Below are positions 39,131 to 49,035 of a stretch of DNA of 64,000 nt, piece after piece. Made by a program: the position numbers and the translations under genes. How positions within the stretch are numbered: the first letter of the stretch is position 1; each line of letters starts with the position of its first letter. Source of the stretch: an uncultured candidate division Zixibacteria bacterium (GTDB lineage: Bacteria > Zixibacteria > MSB-5A5 > UBA10806 > 4484-95). The notes beneath the pieces were generated by a model. It saw nothing but the letters and a program-made list of their open reading frames with translations. It was not told where the DNA came from and searched no databases. The DNA is taken from positions 1 to 64,000 of the forward strand of contig CAXXKA010000008.1 in the NCBI GenBank assembly GCA_963668625.2, in the 5' to 3' direction.

Positions 39131-42100
39131 ATGCCCGGCTTGAACCTTTTTACCAGCAATAAACTGGAAATTCTCCTAGCCAAGCTCGCTGATCGCTACG
39201 TTTTAATTCATCAAAAGAACGCTCTTATTCCAGAAACGATAATCGTTCAAAGCCTGGGTATGGCCAGGTGGTTATCGCTACGGATGGCCGACAAAATCGG
39301 TATATGCGCTAATTTAAACTATCCCTTTCCCAATACCTTTATCGATAGCGTTTTCGAATCGATAATCCCCGAACACGACAAACAAAGCTATCCGAACACC
39401 GACACGAATATCTGGAAAATTTATAATATCATAAAAGAAAACCGACCCGAAAACGAATTCGGTGCGGTCAGGATGTATTTAGAGGATGACAGCGATGGTT
39501 TGAAAGCTTATCAGCTTTCGACTCACCTGGCCGATCTCTTCGATCAGTATTCCATCTACCGGCCGGAAATGGTTTTAAACTGGGATAGTAATCGCCCCGA
39601 AAACTGGCAGGCGATAATCTGGAGTGAGTTGCTGCGAAATTCCGACTGCGACCATCGCGCCATACTATTCAAAAGATTTTTCGATTCGGTTCGGACTGGC
39701 TCTTTTAATCCCAAGAATTTGCCCGATAGGATTTCGCTATTCGGCGTGTCTTTTCTTCCCCCAATATATATTAACTTCTTCCACGAGCTGTCGAACCTCA
39801 TCGAAATCGATTTCTATGTGCTCAATCCCTGCAGCGAATATTGGTCTGATATATTATCCGAAAAAGAGGCGGCACGTTTCGTTGGCGCTAGCGGGGATAG
39901 TGATATATCCAGAGAGGATTTGCATATTACGGTCGGCAATTCCCTGTTGGCCTCGATGGGCAAACAGGGACGAGATTTCCTGTTCCTGACCGCGGACTTT
40001 CCCATCCAACCTACATTCGAGCAACCGGGTGAGGATACGCTTCTGCATTCGATACAATCGGATATCTTAAACCTGCGCAATCGTGGCTCGGATGACAACG
40101 AGCCCGGAGAGATTTCGGCCGGTGATGATTCCATCCGGATACATGTGTGCCATAGCGAGATGAGAGAGATAGAGGTATTACACGACCAGCTACTAGACCA
40201 TTTGGAGCATGATCGCTCACTGAAGCCGCGCGATATCATCGTAATGGCGCCAGATATCGAAAGATACACGCCGTTTATTCAGGCGGTATTCGGTAATCCG
40301 GAAAACCGGGAGCATCACATACCCTTTACCATCGCCGATAGAGGCGCGAAAGGTGAAAGCGGTGTAATCAAAACGTTCTTCGAAATACTCGATTTGATTG
40401 GTGGCCGTTACGCTTTGTCCGAAATCGTATCGGTACTCGAATCGGAGGCGGTGCATAGTAAGTTCGATTTATCTATTCGCGATATAGAGCTAGTCAGCCG
40501 ATGGTTGACCGAGGTTAAGGTCAGATGGGGCAGGGACGCCGAGCATAAGCGCGATCTGGATCTTCCCCGCTACGAGCAAAACACCTGGCGATTCGGATTG
40601 GACAGGTTGATACTCGGTTATGCTATGACCGGCGAGCGCGAACGTATTTACGAAAATATCATGCCATACGATAATATCGAGGGCGAACAAGCTATCAGGC
40701 TTGGCAAGTTTCTCGATTTCACGGACAAGCTATTCGAATATCTGGAGAAAATTCAAACAGATAAAACACTACCTGAATGGGCCGATTGCCTGGCCTCTTT
40801 ATGCGTCGATATATTCGATTCGAATGACAATACCGAATACGAGATCCAAAACCTCCTCAGGAAAATACGTAAGCTTGCGATGCTATCAGAAAACTCCGGA
40901 TTCAATCGAAAAGTTAGTCACAGGATTATGAAGCAGTATTTAAGCGATCAACTCGGCAAACACAGCTCGGCCTCGGGATTTATCGCCGGCTCGGTTACTT
41001 TCTGCTCCATGCTACCCATGCGAAGCATACCATTCAAAACGATCTGCTTGATCGGCATGAATAACTCGGCATTTCCCCGTCAGGCCAAGCATTACAGTTT
41101 CGATCTAATCGCCAACAAACCTAAACTCGGCGATCGATCGGTCAGGCACACCGATCGTTACCTGTTTTTGGAGGCGATTCTCTCCGCCCGCCAGAGGCTA
41201 TATATAAGCTATACCGGCCAGGGCGTTACCGACAACAATACGATCCCCCCCTCCGTGACAGTCAGCGAGCTACTCGACTATATCAGGGATGGATATAGCC
41301 TGGATGGTAAACCCGCTGATCAACATATCAGGACATATCATAAACTCCAGGCATTCAGTCATGATTATTACGAGCCGAACTCGAAACTGTATAGCTACTC
41401 CAACGAAAATTACCTGGCCGCCAAATCACTACTCGATAGCCGGGTTGACATACCCGAATTTTTCTCAGACCCTCTTCCCGCAGGGGATGATAATGAAAAG
41501 ATTGTTGATTTGGACGGCTTATGTCGATTCTTTGCCAATCCCAGCAAATATATTTTGAACAACAGGCTGGGAATATATCTCGATCAATCGGAGTCCGCCC
41601 TCGAAGATGAGGAGCCTTACGATCTATCTGGCTTGGATAGATTCCATCTCGCTAACGATTTGCTCGAATGCCGTTTAAGAGGTGAGGATATCGAAAAACG
41701 ATTAAGGTTGGCTCGTTGTGATGGCGTATTACCGCATGGCGCGATAGGTGATATCCTGCTCGGTAAAATTAACGCTGCGACCACTCCAGTTGTCCGGGAG
41801 ATAAAAAAACTTACCGGGGGATCTCCCCTGCCTCCGATTGAAATCGATATCGAATCGGGCGGCTATAAAATTACGGGGATAATCGATAATATCTATAAGC
41901 CGGGTTTGATAAATTACAAGGCCTGGTCTATTTCCGAAAAAGATAGAATAACCGGCTGGCTTAAATTACTGGCTTTGGCTTTAATGAATATTCCCGAATA
42001 TCCGGCGAAAACAATACTGATCGGTTCGGAGGAGACTTTGGTATTGAATAAGCCCGATAATCCCGATCTGATTTTAAGTAAGCTCATTCGCTTATACGAT

Positions 42101-42361
42101 ATCGGCCGGAAACGACCGTTGTATTTCTTCCCGAAAACCTCATTCAAGTACGCCGGCGGTATATTCAAAAGCGGTAAAGTGGAACAGGCAATCAAAAGCG
42201 CGGCCGGTAAGTGGTACGGTTCGGACTACAGCCGAGGCGAGGGCCAGGACCCGTATTACAGCCGATGTTTCAATAGCCTTAATTTCGCCGACAGTGATTT
42301 TCGCGAGACAGCGGAAACCGTATTTATACCGATGCTCGAGGCGACCGAAAAAATATCATGA
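39131..42361 (+). CDS. recC: Exodeoxyribonuclease V gamma subunit
   Basis: IIVQSLGMARWL, LFDQYSIYRP, NPCSEYWSDI, MLPMRSIPF, DRYLFLEAILSAR. Confidence 0.97.
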   Translation: MPGLNLFTSNKLEILLAKLADRYVLIHQKNALIPETIIVQSLGMARWLSLRMADKIGICANLNYPFPNTFIDSVFESIIPEHDKQSYPNTDTNIWKIYNIIKENRPENEFGAVRMYLEDDSDGLKAYQLSTHLADLFDQYSIYRPEMVLNWDSNRPENWQAIIWSELLRNSDCDHRAILFKRFFDSVRTGSFNPKNLPDRISLFGVSFLPPIYINFFHELSNLIEIDFYVLNPCSEYWSDILSEKEAARFVGASGDSDISREDLHITVGNSLLASMGKQGRDFLFLTADFPIQPTFEQPGEDTLLHSIQSDILNLRNRGSDDNEPGEISAGDDSIRIHVCHSEMREIEVLHDQLLDHLEHDRSLKPRDIIVMAPDIERYTPFIQAVFGNPENREHHIPFTIADRGAKGESGVIKTFFEILDLIGGRYALSEIVSVLESEAVHSKFDLSIRDIELVSRWLTEVKVRWGRDAEHKRDLDLPRYEQNTWRFGLDRLILGYAMTGERERIYENIMPYDNIEGEQAIRLGKFLDFTDKLFEYLEKIQTDKTLPEWADCLASLCVDIFDSNDNTEYEIQNLLRKIRKLAMLSENSGFNRKVSHRIMKQYLSDQLGKHSSASGFIAGSVTFCSMLPMRSIPFKTICLIGMNNSAFPRQAKHYSFDLIANKPKLGDRSVRHTDRYLFLEAILSARQRLYISYTGQGVTDNNTIPPSVTVSELLDYIRDGYSLDGKPADQHIRTYHKLQAFSHDYYEPNSKLYSYSNENYLAAKSLLDSRVDIPEFFSDPLPAGDDNEKIVDLDGLCRFFANPSKYILNNRLGIYLDQSESALEDEEPYDLSGLDRFHLANDLLECRLRGEDIEKRLRLARCDGVLPHGAIGDILLGKINAATTPVVREIKKLTGGSPLPPIEIDIESGGYKITGIIDNIYKPGLINYKAWSISEKDRITGWLKLLALALMNIPEYPAKTILIGSEETLVLNKPDNPDLILSKLIRLYDIGRKRPLYFFPKTSFKYAGGIFKSGKVEQAIKSAAGKWYGSDYSRGEGQDPYYSRCFNSLNFADSDFRETAETVFIPMLEATEKIS

Positions 42362-45300
42362 TAAAAGAATTCGATCTACTCACGGTGCCTCTCGAGGGCG
42401 CTAATTTAATCGAGGCCGGGGCCGGTACCGGCAAAACATACAGTATAACCGGTTTATATATTCGCCTGCTCCTGGAGGCCGAGTTGACTGTCGACCGGAT
42501 ACTGGTCGTGACATTTACCGTAGCCGCCACCGAGGAATTAAAGCATCGCATAAGAACAAAAATCATCGAGGCGATAAAGGCGATGAAAACCGGCAGATGC
42601 CATGAGGATCGAACACTGGAGGAACTCACCAGAAAATATACCGATCGGCCGAGCGCAATAGACAAACTGGAACGCTCGTTACGGCAATTCGATGAGGCCG
42701 CGATATTCACCATTCACGGTTTCTGCAGCAGAATGTTGAACGATTATACTTTCGAAAGCAATACCTCGTTCAATACCGAATTCATAAGCGATCAATCAAG
42801 CCTCCTTAATAGAACGGTGTTCGATTTCTGGCGTAAGTATGTCGGTGGAAAGTCGGCGCTGTTTCTCAACTACCTGCTTGGCAAGGATGGCGATAAACTA
42901 AACACACCCGACAAACTGGTTAAACTGGCGGGCAAATTATACTCCCGCCCGTTCCTGAAAATCATCCCCGAAACCGAATTCCCTGACACCTTAAAGTTAG
43001 AAAGCAATTTCCTCGAGGATTTGGAAATCGTTCGCATCGAATGGCAGACCGGCCGTAGCCAGGTGGAGGATATACTTTTAAATCATGAAAGCCTTCACCG
43101 CGCGAAGTACAAACAAACAAGCATACCCAAATGGCTGGCGTCTATGGATATCGCCCTGGCAGCTGAACCGCCGTCCCCGGCAATGTTCAAAGAGTTCGAG
43201 AAATTCACCGCCGGTATCCTTAACTCATCGCTTAAAGGGAAAAATCCGGATCGAATTTATCATACCTTCTTCGAAAAATGCGAGCAATTGAACATCAGCC
43301 GTACCTCGCTTGTAGAGGCATACGATACGACCGTGCTGGCGATTAAATCAGGCATATATCGATATATCAAAAACGAGTTATCTTTAAAAAAGAAAGAGGC
43401 CAACGTTCAATACTATGATGATCTCCTGTTGGCTTTCTACGATTCGTTAAACAGCTCGCATGGCAAACATCTGACACGAATGATAAGAAAAAGATATCAG
43501 GCGGCTTTAATCGATGAGTTCCAGGACACCGATCCATTGCAGTATGGTATTTTCAAAACCATTTTCAAGGATGAGCAATGCATACTGTTTCTAATCGGCG
43601 ATCCCAAACAGGCTATTTACGCGTTTCGAGGCGCCGATATATTCGCTTACCTGGATGCTGTCAACGAGGTCGATAATCGTTACACGTTGTCTGTCAACTG
43701 GCGTTCGCAGCCTGATTTTCTTAGCGCTTTAAACGCTATATACGAACATATCGACAGACCGTTTATTTACGAGGATATTCCATACTTACCGGCGCGACCG
43801 GCAAAACCCGATTCCGGCAAAATTCTCAAGCTTTCGGGCGTTGCTAATCCGCCGCTCGAGTTGTGGTACCTCGACTCGCGTAACCTGGGCCAACATCACA
43901 TTTACCGTGGTATGATCAGTAAGAACTCGGTATTGGAATTCATGGCCGAATCCGTGACCGCCGAGATTTCCCGCCTGCTTACACTGGCCGACAGCAACGA
44001 GGCGTTGGTGGAAACCAGGCACATAAAGGCAAACGATATCGCCGTCCTGGTGCGTACCAACAGCGAGGCGGCCATCATAAAGAACTCTCTGGACAAACAC
44101 AACATTCCGGGCATTCTCTACAGCGATAAAAGCGTATACGCTACAGATGAGGCCATTGAGCTTTTGAGAATCATAACGGCGGTTGCCGAGCCGTCCCGTG
44201 ACGGTTACATCAGGGCCGCTCTCAGCACTACGATATTCGGATATAGCTCCACGGATATGTTTATACTCAACAGTGATGACGATCTCTGGGAAAGTATCCT
44301 GGCGGAGTTCCGGAAACTCAACGAGCTCTGGCGCGAATACGGTTTTATGAGTATGTTCCGTGACCTGCTGACCCGGTATAAAATCAGGTCAAGAATATTG
44401 AGATATACAGGCGGTGAGAGACAGCTTACGAATATCCTTCACCTGGGAGAGCTAATTCACGGCCATAGCGCTCAATCCAATCCGGGTATACCCGCCATAG
44501 TGAAATGGTATAAAAACCAGATCAGCCCCGATCAGCCAAATAGCGAGGATAGCCAGCTTCGTTTGGAAAGCGATGATAACGCCGTCAAAATAGTTACGAT
44601 TCACAAAAGCAAAGGCCTGGAGTACGATATAGTTTTCTGCCCTTTTGCCTGGGGAAACTCCAGGGTTACCAGATACAGGAATGTTCTGTTTCACGATACG
44701 GATAATAATAACGAGTTAATCCTCGACCTCGGTTCGGAGTCTTACGAGCCTAACAGATCGCGAGCGGAGTTGGAAATTCTGGCGGAAAATACTCGCCTTT
44801 TGTATGTGGCCCTGACAAGAGCTAAACATAGATGTTATCTAGGTTGGGGATTATTCAATACCGCCGGCAGCTCGGCTCTTGCCTATACTTTCCATCAACC
44901 GGTTTTGAACGACCTTAATAATATCGTGGATGAAGTCGAGGCGGCCTTTATCGGCATGGATGACAACACCGCGCTTACGGCTCTAACCGGTTTGACGGAA
45001 CACTCGATGAATTCGATCGATTTAAAGATTCTCCCCGGGCAGCCTGCCAAAACATATAAGCCGATAATCGAGAGCATACGGCAATTATCACCTAAAACAT
45101 TTACCGGCAAAATTAACAGGCAATGGCGTATCTCGAGTTTTTCCAACTTGAGCGCCGGGAAAAGCCATCACCCGGACTTACCGGATTATGATTCGTTATC
45201 ACCGGGATTCGACCAACCGGACATGGAAAAATCAAAAGGGGATGAGAAAAATATATTCACGTTCCCGAAAGGCGCCCGCGCCGGTACTTTCTGTCATGAG

Positions 45301-46005
45301 TTATTCGAGAATATCGATTTCCGGTCCATACGGGATGATTACACTATTGATTTGATAGTTGACAGACTCAAGCGATATGGTTTCGATACCGATTGGCAGG
45401 GTACCATACACGGTATGATAGAAAATACGCTCAATGTCAGCTTGAGTGATCATGACAGTGAATTCAAGCTGTCGGGGATAGATAGCAGCGGCAAATTAAA
45501 CGAGCTTGAGTTTCATTTCCCCCTCAACAAAATTTCATCGAATATATTAAACGACTTCTTTACGAAGCACGGCCAGAATTCGGCTGAGACAATGACCGAG
45601 GCTAACTGGCGAGATTTGAATTTCCAACCGGCCGAGGGATTCCTGAAAGGTTTTATCGATCTGGTGTTCGTTCACCGGGGACGGTATTACCTATTGGACT
45701 GGAAATCTAACCATCTGGGGAACGACCGCCAATTCTACGACCGGGAAAACATTTCCAGGGCGATGATAGAGCATAAATACATTTTGCAATACCACCTTTA
45801 CACCGTAGCTCTGCATAAGTATCTATCGGTAAGGTTGGAAAACTACGATTACGAACGCGATTTCGGCGGCGTGTATTACTTATTCCTCAGGGGGATCGAT
45901 AGCTCCAGCAGGGATGGCAACGGTATATTCTACGATAAACCATCATCGCGAACGATAAACGAGCTAACCTCGATACTAATACCGGGGGAAAACAACGATG
46001 AATAA
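42358..46005 (+). CDS. recB: Exodeoxyribonuclease V beta subunit
   Basis: IEAGAGTGKT, DEFQDTD, IGDPKQAIY, TIHKSKGLEY, YVALTRA; nuclease GFIDLVF..DWKSN. Confidence 0.98.
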   Translation: MIKEFDLLTVPLEGANLIEAGAGTGKTYSITGLYIRLLLEAELTVDRILVVTFTVAATEELKHRIRTKIIEAIKAMKTGRCHEDRTLEELTRKYTDRPSAIDKLERSLRQFDEAAIFTIHGFCSRMLNDYTFESNTSFNTEFISDQSSLLNRTVFDFWRKYVGGKSALFLNYLLGKDGDKLNTPDKLVKLAGKLYSRPFLKIIPETEFPDTLKLESNFLEDLEIVRIEWQTGRSQVEDILLNHESLHRAKYKQTSIPKWLASMDIALAAEPPSPAMFKEFEKFTAGILNSSLKGKNPDRIYHTFFEKCEQLNISRTSLVEAYDTTVLAIKSGIYRYIKNELSLKKKEANVQYYDDLLLAFYDSLNSSHGKHLTRMIRKRYQAALIDEFQDTDPLQYGIFKTIFKDEQCILFLIGDPKQAIYAFRGADIFAYLDAVNEVDNRYTLSVNWRSQPDFLSALNAIYEHIDRPFIYEDIPYLPARPAKPDSGKILKLSGVANPPLELWYLDSRNLGQHHIYRGMISKNSVLEFMAESVTAEISRLLTLADSNEALVETRHIKANDIAVLVRTNSEAAIIKNSLDKHNIPGILYSDKSVYATDEAIELLRIITAVAEPSRDGYIRAALSTTIFGYSSTDMFILNSDDDLWESILAEFRKLNELWREYGFMSMFRDLLTRYKIRSRILRYTGGERQLTNILHLGELIHGHSAQSNPGIPAIVKWYKNQISPDQPNSEDSQLRLESDDNAVKIVTIHKSKGLEYDIVFCPFAWGNSRVTRYRNVLFHDTDNNNELILDLGSESYEPNRSRAELEILAENTRLLYVALTRAKHRCYLGWGLFNTAGSSALAYTFHQPVLNDLNNIVDEVEAAFIGMDDNTALTALTGLTEHSMNSIDLKILPGQPAKTYKPIIESIRQLSPKTFTGKINRQWRISSFSNLSAGKSHHPDLPDYDSLSPGFDQPDMEKSKGDEKNIFTFPKGARAGTFCHELFENIDFRSIRDDYTIDLIVDRLKRYGFDTDWQGTIHGMIENTLNVSLSDHDSEFKLSGIDSSGKLNELEFHFPLNKISSNILNDFFTKHGQNSAETMTEANWRDLNFQPAEGFLKGFIDLVFVHRGRYYLLDWKSNHLGNDRQFYDRENISRAMIEHKYILQYHLYTVALHKYLSVRLENYDYERDFGGVYYLFLRGIDSSSRDGNGIFYDKPSSRTINELTSILIPGENNDE

Positions 46006-47827
46006 AAACGTATTGAATATATTGAAAGAACAGGGCGAGATATCCCCCATAGACTACCATTTCGGACGTTTCATAACCAGGTTAAGCAACCATGATGACT
46101 CGATGTTGGCGGTGATATCGGCAATAGTCAGCCGCGCGACCCGGGAGGGTAATATCTGTACTGATTTAAATAATATAGCCGGCAGCGAGATAGTGCCCGG
46201 TCAAGAAATCAAGTTGCCTGAAATTGACATCCTGAAAAAATTATTGATCGACTCGGGTCATACAGGCGCTCCCTCCGAATACAAACCGTTGATTCTGGAT
46301 ACTCGAAATAGATTATACCTGTACCGTTACTGGCATTATGAAAATTCGCTGGCGGAAATTATCGTAAGGTTATCCTCATCGAATGACCCGGCTATCGATT
46401 CGAAAAAATTGAAAGAATCGCTTGAACGGTTATTCGGCCGAATAGATCGGAATGATTTCAATTATCAGCAATTGGCTGCTTTCACCGCCCTAACCAGGAG
46501 ATTCTGCGTAATAACCGGCGGGCCCGGTACGGGCAAAACCACTACGGTCGCCGCCATACTGGCCTTACTCTTGCAACAAGACAGTTCCCTGCGAATCGCC
46601 CTGACCGCGCCAACCGGCAAGGCCGCCGCTCGTTTACAGGAGTCTATCAAAAATTCGATAGAGTTGTTGAATTGTGAACAGGACATTAAAGATATAATTC
46701 CCCGTCAAGCCTCTACCACGCATCGCCTTTTAGGCAGCATACCCGACTCGCCTTATTTCAGGCATAACACGGATAACCGTTTGCCGTACGATTTGGTTAT
46801 CGTGGATGAGGCCTCGATGGTGGATCTGCCGCTTTTAGCCAAACTTGCCTATGCCCTGAGAGATGATTCTCGTCTGATACTTATCGGTGATAAAGACCAG
46901 CTTGCCTCGGTGGAATCAGGCGCGGCCCTGGGGGATATCTGTTCGATATCGTCCCGGGCAGGCATAACTAAAACGTTTGCCGAATCGTACGAAAAGACAA
47001 CCGGCCTGCAAATACCGGCAGGAGATGATACTCCCCGAAAATCCTCATTGAGCGATTGCATTGTTGAATTGAAGAAGAGTTACCGATTCGATAAATCAAG
47101 CGGAATCGGAGAGTTGAGCCGCGCGGTTAACGAGGGCAGGATTGAAATCGCGGATAGTATCCTTCGGGGTGATAACTATAACGATTTGCACTGGTCGGAA
47201 TTACCACCAATCGGGCAACTTGCGGAATCAATCAAACAAAGCGTCCTCGATCGATACTCGATATATCTTCAAAGCCGGGAGCCGCGTGAAATTCTCGATC
47301 TGTTCGGTGAATTTCAGGTACTATGTGCCGTTCGGGAAGGGCCTTATGGCGTTTCCAATATCAATCGATTAATAGAACTCATCCTTCACCGGGCGGGAAA
47401 GCTGGATGCAAAGGAAACCTGGTATCGGGGCCGACCTGTCATGATACTCCGGAACGACTATCAACTGGGGCTGTACAACGGCGATATCGGTATCACCCTG
47501 TCGGATAACGATAATCCTGATACACTCAAAGTATATTTCCCCTCTCAGGATGGCGAACCGCGTAAGTACTCGCCCATTCGTCTCCCCGACCACGAGACCG
47601 TGTACGCCATGACAATCCATAAAAGCCAGGGTTCGGAATTCGATAAAGCCCTGTTGATTTTACCCCATATTCAATCGCCTTTACTGACCCGCGAACTGGT
47701 ATATACGGGCATTACCCGCGCCAGGTCGCGCCTGGATATATGGTCGAATATTGAAATAGTCAAATATGCAGTTGAACAAAAGGTATCACGCGAATCGGGA
47801 CTTTTAGATAAACTTCTGAATGACTAA
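45998..47827 (+). CDS. recD: Exodeoxyribonuclease V alpha subunit
   Basis: TGGPGTGKTT, APTGKAAARL, DEASMVD, GDKDQLASVE, TIHKSQGSEF, YTGITRAR. Confidence 0.98.
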   Translation: MNKNVLNILKEQGEISPIDYHFGRFITRLSNHDDSMLAVISAIVSRATREGNICTDLNNIAGSEIVPGQEIKLPEIDILKKLLIDSGHTGAPSEYKPLILDTRNRLYLYRYWHYENSLAEIIVRLSSSNDPAIDSKKLKESLERLFGRIDRNDFNYQQLAAFTALTRRFCVITGGPGTGKTTTVAAILALLLQQDSSLRIALTAPTGKAAARLQESIKNSIELLNCEQDIKDIIPRQASTTHRLLGSIPDSPYFRHNTDNRLPYDLVIVDEASMVDLPLLAKLAYALRDDSRLILIGDKDQLASVESGAALGDICSISSRAGITKTFAESYEKTTGLQIPAGDDTPRKSSLSDCIVELKKSYRFDKSSGIGELSRAVNEGRIEIADSILRGDNYNDLHWSELPPIGQLAESIKQSVLDRYSIYLQSREPREILDLFGEFQVLCAVREGPYGVSNINRLIELILHRAGKLDAKETWYRGRPVMILRNDYQLGLYNGDIGITLSDNDNPDTLKVYFPSQDGEPRKYSPIRLPDHETVYAMTIHKSQGSEFDKALLILPHIQSPLLTRELVYTGITRARSRLDIWSNIEIVKYAVEQKVSRESGLLDKLLND

Positions 47828-47830
47828 AAC

Positions 47831-47861
47831 ACGAAAGCCGCCATGTTCGAGCGGCTTTCGT
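47831..47861. terminator. Hairpin terminator between recD and the convergent lipoprotein gene
   Basis: Perfect 11-bp stem ACGAAAGCCGC/GCGGCTTTCGT. Confidence 0.75.
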
Positions 47862-47946
47862 ATTCGTCAGTGGTTATTCCCCCAAGCTTACGATTTGATT
47901 TTCTTCTATTTTGAATCCTTATTAGACTTAGTTGCAAGTCCTCCCG

Positions 47947-48510
47947 TTAATCCGATATCGCGTACTTGCTGAAATGGTTGATAAGGAAACTCGCCTTACC
48001 ATCTATTACTCTCGAGTAACCCTGCAATACCCAGTCCTCAACCTCGGGATCGTAGTAGTGCAGCTTTACCAGTTTCGCGGACGGATTTATATCGGCAACA
48101 TCGAACTCCAACGTGGCCGGCGAGTCAAATACTAACCCGGACGGACCGAATTCGAATACACCGGTCACCTTCCTGTCGAGAATTTCCTTCTTGTAACAAA
48201 TCGTGATATTGACATCATCCTTAATACCTAACGCCGGCACCTTGAATTCATGCCTTATACTGGATGTTTGAATGGCAACCACGCCACCACTCGATGCCGA
48301 CACTATATTGGCAACATCAACAGCAACGTTAAGATCGGATAATACCGCAGTACGAGTGTCCAATACGCCTACCGGCTGCTTGGCTAAATCGGGAGTTTCC
48401 TGAGTATCGGGGCCGAACGGAGTTTCACTCGAACATCCCGCAATAGCCAGTACCGCTGCCAAAGAGACGACTATCCACATGCTTCTCAAACTCGTTAACT
48501 TTCTTCCCAT
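47947..48510 (-). CDS. Lipoprotein with ZU5-like domain
   Basis: Lipobox IAGC; SGGVV..VPALG..FEFGPSGLVFDSPATL..INHFSKYAI; SD GGAGG. Confidence 0.8.
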   Translation of the reverse strand: MGRKLTSLRSMWIVVSLAAVLAIAGCSSETPFGPDTQETPDLAKQPVGVLDTRTAVLSDLNVAVDVANIVSASSGGVVAIQTSSIRHEFKVPALGIKDDVNITICYKKEILDRKVTGVFEFGPSGLVFDSPATLEFDVADINPSAKLVKLHYYDPEVEDWVLQGYSRVIDGKASFLINHFSKYAISD

Positions 48511-48580
48511 TTATTCCTCCTTCGAGGGTTTCAATTTCGTTTTGCTTTTCCGGTTTTTCTTTTTAACTGACTCATAACGA

Positions 48581-48596
48581 TGCATATTTCAAGCCA
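48581..48596 (-). promoter_or_regulatory. sigma54 (-24/-12) promoter
   Basis: TGGCTTGAAATATGCA has the exact GG-N10-GC spacing, about 70 nt upstream of the lipoprotein ATG. Confidence 0.65.
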
Positions 48597-48696
48597 CCCA
48601 TAAGGATTTTACTGAAAACCGTATATTTCGTTGTTATTCAATAAGATAGAAAAACTTATCCGATTAAATGTTGATTTTTATCTCTAAAAAAAGTAA

Positions 48697-48728
48697 GGGA
48701 TACTTCCCACAATAGTGGGACATATCCA
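48697..48728. promoter_or_regulatory. Putative enhancer (UAS) sites for a sigma54 activator
   Basis: GGGA-N4-TCCC and GGGA-N4-TCCA start 20 bp apart and together form the palindrome TCCCAC-AATA-GTGGGA, about 100-130 bp upstream of the -24 box. Confidence 0.5.
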
Positions 48729-48757
48729 ATAAATACAGAGTAATATATATATTACAT

Positions 48758-49011
48758 CACTACTGTCCGGCCTTTCCATCTCGTTGCGATACGCTGCTTC
48801 GCAACGTGGCTTTTTTGCCGGCAAAATGCGCGCTCTACATGACTCAAGAAGGTTTCCAGGCGGCGCTTGGAAACCAGGGAACTAAGCCTAACATCGACAG
48901 GACATGTCAGGATGCATGATACGCTGAATATATAATTATATCGGAAAATATCTTTTACTGACAATTTTAAAGAGAAGTTTAAAATTTACCGAAAAACACC
49001 GGATACCTATG
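48758..49011. mobile_element. MITE copy 2, diverged, same orientation as copy 1
   Basis: Colinear with 793-1047 over its full length; ends CACTACTGTCCGG and ACCGGATACCTATG are eroded; no clear TSD. Confidence 0.88.
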
Positions 49012-49035
49012 ATACTGTTTTAATAAATACGAGTA

